The notes under the pieces are model-generated. The model searched no databases. It was not told where the DNA came from and saw only the letters and a program-made list of their open reading frames with translations. From positions 12,834,001-12,898,000 of the forward strand of contig CP158635.1 of the NCBI GenBank assembly GCA_050273025.1: DNA of 64,000 nucleotides, read 5' to 3'. This DNA comes from Cenococcum geophilum. Taxonomy: Eukaryota. The stretch's first letter is position 1. Every line of letters starts with the position of its first letter. Below are positions 39,433 to 52,100 of this stretch, piece after piece. The translations under genes and the position numbers were made by a program.

Positions 39433-39989
39433 TACTAAAGATCCTCACCCTAAAGCCATATAGGTGACGTGCGTTGCTTTATATGCTTCGGTTTCTTCGT
39501 TAAGGCGTTATATTAAATTTAATTCTTGCCCTATAGCTTGAACTTAACTACCTCCTTCGTGTCGTCGGCTTTTAAATTGATTGATTTTGGGGCGAGGATA
39601 ACGTCGTTAGATGGTGGAGGTGGGCGTACTAAGAGAAATCGTTCCATCGCAGAGGTAGGAAAGTCGAATACAATACTATAGCAGTGAGTGTAGATGCAGA
39701 GCCGCAACGGAGTCAGTGGTAGAGTTAAGGGACTTGCCGATTGGCTTCTTCTTTGCACTGACCCCTTGGCGCTCTATTCCTCCTCAGCCGCAGTTTGAAT
39801 TGGGTATAGATCTGGAACTCCAAGAGTCAAATCAACCGTAGATTCACTCCAGTCCACCAACCAGAAGGCCCAATCCAAATCCACATCGAAGCCGAATCCA
39901 CATTGGAGCTCCAAATAGACCCCGCTCCAAGTAGATCACTGGTGAAGTGTGGGTGGAAGTCCATATGTGTGCCAGGCTGAGGTGACATT

Positions 39990-40392
39990 AGGGCAACAGG
40001 AGCAAACAATCCGGTGTACGAGGTGTGGAATGAAACTCAGGATACATGGCCACCTGGCTCGCTTGAGGATAAGACCAAGGGTTTGTCGATTGGAGCCGAT
40101 GTTCCGTCGCTTAAGCCGTTCAAGGACGATTGGATCTATATCGGCCAGAGTCTTCTAGCGTTTGCTACGGAGACGGAAAAAATAGCAGAGAGATTCTTAG
40201 GCGACAAGTTAGGGCTAGACGACACGGGGCGGTACTATCGATTAATTGGTTTAAGAGGGCTGGAGGGTATTAGGCTAGAAGACTCGAAGCGGAAGAACGC
40301 AATCATTGCCGCTATAGACCGATACATCGAGTCGTAGGAGGTATTTCAACAAATTAAGGCTTGAGCTGATAATATGTCTGGAAGAGACTGTT
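39990..40392 (+). pseudogene. Patatin-like phospholipase C-terminal fragment
   Basis: GATGANNPVYEVWNE...LSIGADVPSLKPF...ATETEKIAERF...RYYRL...GLEGIRLED resembles the fungal patatin C-half (DG..GANNP, SIGTG, YYRF). In-frame stops at 40335 and ~40361; no N-terminal half seen. Confidence 0.75.
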
Positions 40393-40753
40393 AGTGTTTT
40401 GTTTGGCGTGTTAAGACGTAGATCGCAATTTGTATCTATTATATTCCTTGGTATGCTTTGTGGAACTCGGTAACACTATGATAGCCAATCTAGTTTTTTC
40501 ATTCCACCTAAGTACCGGAGAGGGGTTCGATGCTGCTAATGTAGTTGACAGTATCTTAGAAGAGTATATTAGAAATAGTTAAATTTGCTATCATCTTTGG
40601 TTGAATAGAGTAATAACAAAGAAAATTCTTTGTTCCAAATTCTTCTACAGCCGTACTACGATTTTTAGGAGCGAGTGGTCGAGATGAGAAGGCGAGGTAG
40701 CGGATCCAAGCAGAAGCAATACAAAAAGAGCTGATACCGACTGCTAATAGGAA

Positions 40754-42620
40754 TTACAAGATGTACTTGAAATCTGGATGGTAATCAAGCAATTCCTCAT
40801 AGGTCTTGTTCCTATTGGGGTTCTCCCGACCCTCGTTTCTCCACTTCATTACACTCTCCTCTTTCTTTCGATTTGCCGTCTTCATCCATAGGTAATTTGT
40901 CACTGTTGCGCCTATGGCCAAGACCAAAGAACCCAATAACGTCCCGTGGCCAGCCAGAAACCGAGGTGGATCTCGGTACACCTGCGTGCCGACGATACCA
41001 CAGGCATTCCCAGTCACCTGAGCCATTGCCCAAGCTGTGGAGCGCTTGGTGTAGCCACCGTGGTTAATGTTGATCCACGCAACGTTGAGGATGCCTCCTG
41101 GGAATATCCCTAATGTTACTAAACAGGCTCCGGCAATTAAGGCCACCTTATTAGTCGTGGCCATGAGAATAATGTATCCAATGCCGGAGGTCGCCAAGCA
41201 GAGCAAAAGTACTGGGCCTTTGGAGTTAACGCGGTCGGAAAGTAGACACACAGTCACGAGAGACACTGTTGCGACACCGTAGGGAATCATTGAGAAGAGT
41301 TGTGTTTCAACTGCCACTACCATTAGAGAACTGGAAAGTGTGACGGAGAATGTGATGGAAGAGAGGAGGCACTTACGAGGGCCAAATCCGAAAGCAAGAA
41401 TGAACGTAGGCAAAAAACAATTGATTGATGTAATACCCAGAACAACAGCTCCATGGATCACCGCCGTGAAATAAGCCTTAGGATCTCTGAGCCCAGCCCA
41501 GATCTGCTTACGCACGATCCTGGCATTGGGTTGATTGTTCGCTGGCGAAACACCGTTAGTCCTCAAGTTGTCACTCATTACTAGGTCACTAACCTTCAAT
41601 CGTCCTCTGCACTGCAATCTTAATTTCCTCTCGATTGAAGATCCAGTTTGCCTTCTTTAGTTGCTCCGGAAACGGAGGTAAGAAGAAAAACAAGAAGACC
41701 CCAACTACAAGTGACGGAGCCCCTTCAGTAATAAAAAGCCACTGCCATGATAGAAGTTTACTCGTGTCCCTTAGATTTTTATCGACACCATACGCGATAA
41801 GTCCACTTAAGCAGCCCGAAATCGTAGCCGGTGTGTAATACATCGCTGTCGCCCTACTCGTCAGCTATCATCACTTCCTACGCCGTCCCGTGGGGACGGG
41901 CGGGGTTGCCTCACCGGCTCTAGTGGCTACCTCACTCCTCTTATACCAGATGCTAAAGTACAGGAACGCCACCTGCACGAACGCCTGTCCAGAGCCATTG
42001 AGTACACGTAGGACGAGGATTGCGGCGTATTTCTTGGTGGCTGCGAGACACAGAGTGCAGATGCCGAAGAAGATGATAGCGGTGCCAATCATTTTTGGGG
42101 GAGAAATGACGCGCATGGCGAGATTGGAGGGGAGCATGAAAGTTAGGTAGCCGACGTCTTTGAGGGCAAATATTAGATTAGATCGTCCTTAAGGTGGCAC
42201 AGTAAAAGAAAATGGAAAACAATTAGAGAAAAGAAGATAAAATTAAAGAAATAGCATAGGAGGACATACAAAACATTGACAAACAGTTGAAAAACTGCTT
42301 GTCTGTTAGATGCAGGTCCTTCTGCATACCCATAACTCTCGCATTCCCAATGTTATTCCGATCCTGATCGCAGTTACTCATCATTCCCTTAAGTCACGCA
42401 AAAAGGCCACAATTGAAAACGGAATGCGGGCAAATACCAAGTAAGCGATAAAGAAACTGCAAGCAAGCATGGGTACGATGGTAAAATCCATCTTCAGTAG
42501 TAATCGCTGTGCCTGCTCGGACCTGGAACGTGTGACATCGTTGTCCGCGGCCACCGTTGTTGTAGCAGCAGTTGGAGGAAGATTTTCCGCATTTTCGATG
42601 TTGTAACCATGTCTGTCCAT
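40754..42620 (-). CDS. MFS transporter, anion:cation symporter / allantoate permease (Dal5/Tna1-like) family, 497 aa, 6 exons
   Basis: Exons 42620-42438, 42363-42270, 42157-41915, 41845-41594, 41541-41377, 41310-40754 total 1494 nt in one frame with GT-AG introns. Motifs YLDRNNIGNA, WYKRSEVATR, WQWLFITEG, HPDFKYIL. Confidence 0.93.
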
Positions 42621-43071
42621 GATGTTTACGCTGCGATTAGGGTTTGCAGAATGGAAACTGAAGAATCTGCCCGTTCAGTGCGAGCCAGGAGGCAAAGCAT
42701 GGTGGAGTCTTTGTATCCGATTTTTGGCCAGAATATCGTCCTTCGAGGCTCTGAGCAAAGACATTTCTGGCGTTGTCGGACCGGAGAGCTAGCCGTCTCG
42801 AGGGAAAAAAAAGTAAACACGACCGGACTTGTGGAATGTGAACGAGGCTGATTTCCGGTCGTGGGCAGGCCTGTTGGGAGAAAAGATCGCCAAGGCAATC
42901 CGGGTGCAGCAAAGTACAGGCAGGACATGCCCCACGCCACATGGCAAGGTCACATGAATTCCGGGGGTCCATGCAAGACACTGCGTCGCACACTTTATAA
43001 TATATGCAAGGCCCACCGGGCATCTGTGGCCTTTGCCTCCTTTGCCTCCTTTGCCCGAGATGCGAAGCGAT

Positions 43072-45039
43072 ATGTCTTCCGCAGGCGATCTAAGATCCCC
43101 AGAGCCTAATACACGATTCCCCACTTCCGACACGAACGTTCCTCTGTCTTCAACTCTTCACACCCCTTGGCTGTGTGGCGCCATCGTGATACTCAATAGC
43201 CTTATTACGTCTGCCTTACCGGCGCCAGCAAGCCGAATCTTCGAAGTTGCACTATGTCGACGCTACTATAACTCTCACGGACCGGATAAGTTTCCGCCGG
43301 GCAGCAATGTCCCAGAGACATTCTGCAAGATAGAGGACATCCAGATCGCTGTTGTTTCTACGATTTCGACCATCACAGTGACTACAACGCTTGCTGGTAT
43401 GACACGCAGCGATCTAATCAATGATTCACTCATCCTACAGAAGTCATATTGACCCTCACTCTAGAACTTGTAGTGCAAATCCCAATGGGTGTTTTGGCTG
43501 ACCAGAAGGGCCGGAGACTGGCGCTGGCGCTCAATATCACTGGTATTCTATGCTATTGGTCCTGGGTGGCTCTTTCGGGCAAGTTGTTCTACGGAGCCCT
43601 GCTTAGTAGACTAGGCAGCTAACCCTAGTTAAGGACTATGTTCCGACCTATTTCCTTTCTGGTCGGTCCATTTCACACCGCTATTCTTTCTTATTGGAGG
43701 CGGGCCAAGAGTCACTAGCGCCCTTTTATTCGCAACACTGGCTGACGTTGTCGTACCCGAGAAAAGGTGAATGACACTTTGTGGTTCGGCTGGACAGCGT
43801 TGTTGACGTCTCATAGGACTGCCTACTTCTCATATATAGAGGCAGCGGGATACATCGCTGACATGGTGTCTCCCGCAATTGGGTCATTCTTGATGTCCTT
43901 CCATCTTGCTATCCCTTTCATAACTTTAATCGCTTGCTATGCGCTCTCCTACGTTCCTGTACTTTTCATCGCCGAAGCTCAGCCTCGGTCAACACCTGAG
44001 CATCCAGAGACCTTCGAAGGTGCCGAGGATGAGTTGTTGCTTGGAGACAACATAGAAACCGAAGGCGATAGCGATAACGACGAACCAGCCAAAGATGTCA
44101 ATAAAGGACATGGATTTTTTAAGCATAGCTTTGCAAGGGTGTATTTGCACCTCTTAGAGACATGGCGGATGGTTGCGAATGATAAGAACATCATACTTAG
44201 TTTAGCCGTGTTCTTTCTGCTCGTGGCGTCGCGGAGCTCAGCGAACTTGCTCTTACAGTATGTATCAAAGAGATACGCTTGGACTATAGCCCAGGTGAAT
44301 AATTTTATATTCAACTCCATAAATAGTGAGAATGCTAATAAGACGTAGGCCGGCTATCTATTTTCGCTGAAAGGCGCAATCTCTGCCCTCCTTTTCCTCG
44401 TGCTTATCCCTAGAATCAGCATCGTCATGATTAAGCATACTGCACTTGAACCGCACCAAATAAGTTTAATCATAGCCCAAATGAGCATATTTGTTCTCGC
44501 TCTCGGCTCCGCCATCATCGGATTTGCACCCAATATTTGGGTCTTGATATTTGGTTAGTTCTCGCGTTTTCCGTTCCTCTAAGTTTCACTGCTTGCCTGT
44601 TTCAAAATTCCTTGCATTACTCATTGCCACCATACCCCATGTTGACCTTGACCATAGGGTTTGTTATCCTTGCACTCGGTTCTGGCGCCGGCATTACTCT
44701 GAAATCATTTCTCTCTGCCACCATCAGCAACGGCTACTATGCCCGCCTCTATTCTGTGCTCGGTATCGCTGAGAGCCTGGGTATTTTGCTAGGAATGCCA
44801 TTATTGGCTGAAACATACTCGTGGGGGTTAAAGCACGGATCTTGGGCATTAGGTACCCCGTATCTCGTGTGCGCTGTAAGTATACTCGGATACGACTTGG
44901 ATTGACAGCATACACTGATAAGGTTTAGATACTATACACGCTTGTAAGTATGGTCGTGTGCTGCTTTAAGTGCCAACATGGTTCTCTTTTCCTTTTAATG
45001 GTTAGAATGCTGCATAATCGTTCCGGCTCTAGCTATTAG
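43072..45039 (+). CDS. MFS transporter (SLC46-like / UstT-like efflux type), ~527 aa, 7 exons
   Basis: Exons 43072-43396, 43465-43578, 43634-43766, 43817-44294, 44349-44553, 44658-44875, 44929-45039 total 1584 nt in frame. Loop CRRYY...ETFCKIEDIQ, motif A GVLADQKGRR, IGGGPRV. Alternative in-frame ATG at 43060. Subfamily call from memory. Confidence 0.88.
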
Positions 45040-45396
45040 TCTCGGGAGCGAAGATTACGTTCATTGGTATCCTACTAGAGACCGCTTAGAGACCTTATAT
45101 ATACAATCACCTTCGGGAAATAATTGGTCGGCAGTGCTTTTATCAGTATTCGGTATTGATTAGCGATATTAAATATTGAATATTGGATTTTTTTAGAGTT
45201 GAGGTGGTAAAAATAAGGCAGATCTATTCACTCGCTCGCAGAGATAGAGATATATTCTGAATAATGTATTGTATTGGGGGGTGTAGGCCCGAGGAGAGGG
45301 TAATCATCTCAGCCTGCTGTATTGCATAGTAGGTTCCCTACTGTCTCAAGCAGTAGTAGATAATTACATACTTATTGCCCCAAACCGCGTACTGTT

Positions 45397-45658
45397 AGAA
45401 CCTAGCGGTATAAGGCCTGCGCCTAATAACTAATATAGAAGTAGGAATATATCTCGTCTTTTTTTGTGCCCGTAGGGTATCGTTAAAAGACTATTTGGGT
45501 AACCTAGAACCTAGGTAATATTAAAGGCTATTAACGAACCTAGTGGTATAAGGCCTGCGCCTAATAACTAATATAGGAGTAGGAATATATGTCGTCTCTT
45601 TATGCCCGTAGGGCATTGTTAAAAGCCGTTCGGGTAGGTAATATTAAAGGCTATTAAT
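45397..45658. repeat. Imperfect tandem duplication (period ~138 bp)
   Basis: GAACCTAG.GGTATAAGGCCTGCGCCTAATAACTAATATAG.AGTAGGAATATAT at ~45398 and ~45536; GGTAATATTAAAGGCTATTAA also repeated. Confidence 0.85.
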
Positions 45659-46478
45659 AACAACGACGTAGAAAGGAGAAGGAAGCTGGAAAGCGTTAAT
45701 TTAAAACCTGTTAAAAAACCCTATGGGAAAAATTATTAGGAAAGACTACTTATTAACAGCTATAAATCGCGAAACTGTTGCGAAACTATTCGCGATTCTC
45801 TAAGGCTGTGGAAAGACGCGAAACTTGTTCGCGATCCTCCAGGGGTAAGACGTTTTATCGCGACGACAACACAGCGCCGTACGGCATAGCATTATTAAGG
45901 CTATAAAACAAATAAACAACAAAATCTCTATTAAATAAGCCTTATTTCAAAGCGAAAAGCCAAAAGGCTGATTGTGATAGATATTGATGTTGCTGTTCGG
46001 AGCTTCGCTTTGAATAGACATTTTTATGTATTAGCAAGTGACTCTCGGGCCTCTTTATAATTTACCTCAGCGAGCTCAGACGCGATTTTTTAGCTAGTAT
46101 CGGAATAACCTACGCCGTCTTCCGAATTGCAAAATCACGTCTAAGACGGTTTGGCGAGTTTTGTTAAAATCCTAAGTAAAATCCGTAAAACGGAGATTGC
46201 GGATAACGTAAGTGATAGGGTTATGACGGCGATAGGGTTATAACGGTCGGCTAGTACCGCCTTCCTAATTGGGCTCACGAACACCAAAATACTGCCGAAT
46301 GCCCGATTGCGGGTAAAATACTAGTAAAAAACATCGCACTGTATTACGATATTACTAAGGTTTTATAAAGCCTTAATTTAATATAATAGAGGCTCTATAT
46401 TAATATTTTTTGGTGTTTTTAATACCAACTAACATCCTCGTCTATATCCGACACCTTATCGTTGCTTAATCTACCTAG

Positions 46479-48604
46479 TGTTACGGCACTAACCTATCTT
46501 ATACTGTTTCCTACTATTAGCTAGCCCACCACTAGCGCCTTAGCGGCTGGCCCTACTATTTATATACGATACCCCTTTCGCCTCTTCTCCTCTTTATACC
46601 ACAACGTAGTTATTTAGTCTACTTTACTATAGCACCGTAACAGTTTATGGTATCTCCTCTTGCGCCCCATCGCGATCTTTATCTTCTTAGTTTACCGCCT
46701 CTATTTATAGTCTCTGTTTTTTCTAAACAACCATTTTAATACCTTTAGTATACCTTCGCAGATTATAGAATTACGATCACTACCTAACTATATATTAAAT
46801 AACCTTTATTTCCTTAATTTTTATTAAAACGCGTTAAATAATCTCTAATAATAGCTATTATGGCGTTAACTTACCCGAAGAAGTACGAGGATAACATTAA
46901 CCTAGAGATATAGAACACCAATATAACTAACCTTAAAGATGTTAATTAGCAAGACTTAAACGGATTCTTATTATACCGTATAGTACACTATAAAGACAGC
47001 GAATATGACAACACTATGCTATAGTACTGTGTAAGGGAGGACTTTACTAAATGGATAAAGGGAATATAGACTCCTATAAAGAAGGATATTATATAGGACT
47101 TCCGTAACTTCTTATAGGAGTATAAAGTGTTTATACGTATAGATAGGGGTACTATTAGAGATAATATTTAGGAGTAGGTTATTAACGTAAAAGAAGAGCA
47201 TAAATAAACTCTATAAGTGACTAAGCACCAACTACGCACTATAAGGAAGCTTAACTTACAATAAAATCTAAGTAATATACCTTTAGAGACGAATATACCT
47301 CCGCCTTTAACTCCCCTATATCTAATCTAACCTATAACTTTAACTTTAGATACTATACCCTAACGAGAGCAGATATAGGATCCTATTGCTTTATAATTTA
47401 ATAACCTTTAGACTCCACTAACCAGACCTATGTCACCACTACAGCCTATAATATAACTCCTACCTCCTCTATCTTAACCTTAAATTAGAGGCATTTTAAA
47501 ATTACTTACAGAGCTTATAAAGCTCTATTTAGATTAGGAGAAGAAGTTTAGCAGGGAATTATATAATATTCTTAATTTAAAATTACATATCTTCTATAAC
47601 TATTACTAAAAGGTAGAAATAGAGTCTAATTAATACCACAACGCCTATTCTGTTATACTTAGGGGCCAAACTAGTACCTTCTATTATAATTATTTAGCAG
47701 GAAAAGGATATAACTTTAACCGCATAATATATAAGTTAAGATACTACTTTAAAACAGAAGATAATAAGTAGTAGTATATATTAGAATAGAGAGAGACTAC
47801 CTTTTTAAGGATTATTACTATAAACCTAGGTATTCCTTAGCTTAATTGTCTTTAAAAGCTCTTTAACTAACTTTAGATAATTTAGCGTAGTCTATCTAAA
47901 TTATATTAAGAGGATTTAGCCTACGTGACTAAGTTATTAACGCATGCTAAGGTGTTAAAGAATATAACCTTGCTCTCTTTAATCCTATAAATACTTATAA
48001 AGGAGTATATGCCTAATTAAGATCTTCTATTAGTACCGCTTTACGCTCTTAAAAAGTATAGTAATTTAATACCTAACTCTAACCTACTTTAATTAACCCG
48101 CCTAACTAATATAATCATAACTAAATATATAGTGGCCGTGGTAGGCAGTACGGTAGAGGGTATAATTAATATTAATTATAAGGCAATTATAAAGGTCCTT
48201 ATAAAGGTTTATTTTAAAGTAATTGCTAAAAGAAGTGCTATATTTATAAGAAGTTAAATTGCTAGATAACTAGGTATTCTCTTAATAAGCAAAAGGAGGT
48301 ATATAATAAGTTTCGCCAAAGTATAAGAAATGTTGGAAATTATAAGGTTATTATAGCTTACTTTTAAAGCTTTCTAGTTTAATATAAAGGTGTAAAAGAT
48401 CTTAAGGGTAAGGTTAATAAGGCCAAATAGCTCCTTATAGATATGGAAATTAAGGACTACTCCCCTAACTAATACGTTACTAAGTATAGTAAGGTAAATG
48501 GTATATAAACCGTCGCTATTCTTAATAACCAATCTACGCTCCATTTTATTACGAAGTTAGATATCTTTAATAAGCTAAAGGAGAGTTCCGCGTTCTCCTT
48601 TAAT
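46479..48604 (+). mobile_element. Copia-like LTR retrotransposon, 5' LTR and gag, interrupted by Gypsy E
   Basis: LTR TGTTACGGC...CCGTAACA 46479-46642, then GTTTATGG (PBS-like). ORF from ATG 46860 with RIP stops; zinc knuckle KKCYIYKKLNC*ITRY at ~48231-48277. Copia assignment rests on the PBS and gag type; pol order not visible. Confidence 0.7.
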
Positions 48605-49194
48605 TGTTATAGACGCTTTAAGTACGATGTTACAACTACTTAGAGAAGAGTCGGAAGAAGCTAGTTAGTTAATATAAGCACGGTCTAGAATGGAACCCGT
48701 GGAACTATATAACAAGGAATGGTAAGCAGAGTTACGTGATGTAATCTATGTGATCTATATAATCTGTAAGATCTATTATAAAGCGAATAGAGTAAATAGA
48801 GCAGATAGAGCGACAACTTTCTTAGAAGTACGGTTATGTATTTAAAGACCCTTAGTCCCTACCTAAATAGTTCCTTCCTTATAGTAATTTTTAGAATATA
48901 ATTAGAGTTAATCTATTAGGCAACCACTCCACTAGTTATTATTATTATTATTAACTTATCTATATTTATACACCTAGCCTATTAATAGGACCTACCGTAG
49001 TATAAGCTATAAGGTTCCGTTATATAATTACTACCTAGTTACGGTCCAATAAGTTAAACAATATGCCACCAAAAGCAGCCACTATAACGCCATTAACGGC
49101 GGCAACTACTTTAAGATTAGGTAACGATACTAATATAGCAGACACTAACTTATAACAACCTGTAATAGTAGGGTAGTTATAAGAAATAGTTAAC

Positions 49195-52100
49195 TGTTAC
49201 GGACGCTTTAAGTACAATATTACGACTACTTGGAGAGGAGTCGGAAGAAGCTAGTTGGTTAATACAAGCACGGTCCAGGATGGAACCTATGGAACCATGT
49301 GACGAAGAATGGTAACCGAGGTCATATGAGGTGCTACGAGAGGAACGAGAGGAACGAAGGGAACTTACGTACCTTATGTATAAGACGTACATTATGTACA
49401 AGAAGGATTTTATAGGAGTACGGTTGTGTATTTAAGGACCCTCAGTCCCTACCTAGATAGTTTCTTCCTTGTAGTAATTCTTAGAATATAATTAGAGTTA
49501 ATCTGTTGGGCAACTACTCCACCAGTTATTATTACGTTATTAACTTACTTGCAATACCTATATACCTAGCCAATTAACAAGTTCACCGTAGTCTCTACTA
49601 CAAGGCTTTATTACATAATTACTACCACGGTTACGGTTTTAATAAGTCAAACAATATACCACTAAAAGCAGCCACTATAACGCTATCGACGGCGGCAACT
49701 ACGTTAGAATTAGGTAATGATACCAGTATGGCAGACACTAACTTATAATAACCTATAACAGTAGGACAGTTACAAACAATAGTTGATTAGTTAACGGGAG
49801 ATAGTGCGGCACTTAAAAATAGGATTAATGGGATAGGAGCAGCAAAGGTTAAGTTACTATTAATTAAAAGATTCTCAGGAGAAAGATCGAAGCTTAAAGG
49901 ATTCCTTACGTAAATATACTTTAAGGTTGCGTAGGAAGGAGTAAAGCTGGTAATAACTATGGATTAAGTAGTATATACAGGATTGTTCTTATTAGGAAGA
50001 GCACTTAAATAGTTTAAGCCTTACCTTACAGAGATACAAGCAAATAGAATGACAACAACGAACTAGGAAGTACGGTTTATATTTTTAAGCTAGAACGGAT
50101 TTATAAAGCAACTTACACAAATATTTAGGGACCTAGAAGCAACGACTATAGTAGAAAGAAAGCTTTAGGACCTAACGTAATGGACTTTAGCGATTAAGTA
50201 TACAATATAATTCCAAACGCTAGCTATATAACTTAAGTAGAATAACAAGGCGCTTATGGTATAGTATAAATAGGGACTTAAGGCTAAAGTCTAAGACGTA
50301 ATTATTCTAATAGAAGATGCGGATACCCTAAGGGAATTAATAGATTAAGCAATCAAGATTAACAACAAGATCTTCTAAAGGAAACAGGCTAAGAGAAGCC
50401 AGGATAGAGTTCTATAGTTATATAAGGCGCAGAGTACGCAACAACTAAAGCTAAATTAGAAACTATGGTATGGCGCAGAGCTAATAAACCTAAGTGGTAC
50501 TAAAGAAGCCTATAAGAGATGGAGTAAGAAACTATAGAAACCTAAAGGTTAAGGATCTAGTAATTATAGGACTAAGGAGCATAGGCTAAACTAGGGATCT
50601 TAATAGCAGAAGACATTTAGGCGGACTCTATAATAAAGTTAATAGTTTAGAGACGGAGCTTATATAAATTGCGGAAAATAGGGTCACTTTATAAGGGATT
50701 GTAAAGATGGTCAGAGTTACCATATAATAAAGGGAACTAGACTAGCAGCACATAATACACACATATAAAGAGATGATAGTACGCTGTAAGGAACAAAAGA
50801 ATATTCAATCAGAAGTTTTGCGTTTTATTATAATAACGCATACCAAATTTATAAAGACGCCAAGTACGGTGCAAGCTATTAGCCATAAGAGCTAGAGTTA
50901 AAGGGACTTAGAGAAACCAAAGAGTTAGACAAAGAATAAGATCGACTCTATAAGCTAAATCAAGATATCACAGTAATATGCGGATAAAGATTAGCAACAA
51001 TAATAATGGAGTTAGAGTACTTATTAATTAATAGTAATAAGGACAGTAAAGGAACTAACTAGGGGTATCTAAACCTTAATAACGTAATAGAAGTAGAGAC
51101 TAAGACCGCCGTAGAGCAAGGTTTAGTAACGGGTATCATAACACCGTTAGATACGGCATCTATCGCTTTATAAGACGGAAGGAGTAATATCCAGAGACGA
51201 TTAAGCAAGTAGACGACTGCTAGTGCTAGCTTACCACTTAATAAAGGCAAAAGGCCAAAGGCTTAAGATTCTTAAGACAAGATAAGGCAAGCTTAAGGAC
51301 CCACAACGGATAGAAACCGATAAAGTAGAGTAGCAGCTTAGTTCAGAGACATACGAATAAGCTTAGGATAAGAATTCCTAACAGTATAAGACTCTTAAGA
51401 TAAGATAAGTGAGATCTAGGACTCTTAAGACAAGACGAGGACACTAGTTAAGCCTAGTTAGACTAAGGTAGGGGCTAAGCTTAAGTTAGAAGCAAGCCTA
51501 GGATTAAAGAATCTAAGGGGTTAAGAATTCGGAGTATAAATTAGGACACCTATAAGCAAAAGGCAAAAGGCTTCTTTATAGATTAGAGAATCTATAACGC
51601 AAATAGCAATTAGACTAAGAGACAGATATATAGACCTAAAGGACTTACCAGGGGAATATAGTATTCAGCCTAAAGATTAAAAAGTTAATACTAAGATTAA
51701 GAAGCATAAAGACTTCAAGGATCCACTTATAAAACGCAACGTAAAAGAAACTATAGAGGAATTTAGGGCAAAAATTACCTTATAGCAAGAACAGAAACTA
51801 GATAAGAGATCTAGTATATTAGGACGTATAAAGGACAGAGCGCTAGTATAAAGAATTACTAATAGGCCTAGAATAGGCACACTAAGAGCTAAGTAGCTTA
51901 CTAAACTGGAATAAGAAGAGGATCTAGGGATTTCTACTAGGTTCGAAGAACGATATACTAAAGGCTATTACGACGCAGTAATAAAGAGATATTTCCTTAC
52001 GGACGAGCTATATACACTTAAGTAGCTATACTAAAAGTAGTATAGGCAACGACATAATAATAAGTGGGAAGATTTCTATATATAGTTGGACGAGAAAGTT

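Noticed and set aside
42609..43133. Several overlapping short ORFs
   Set aside because: They fall in the divergent promoter and gene starts; chance frames in GC-balanced DNA.
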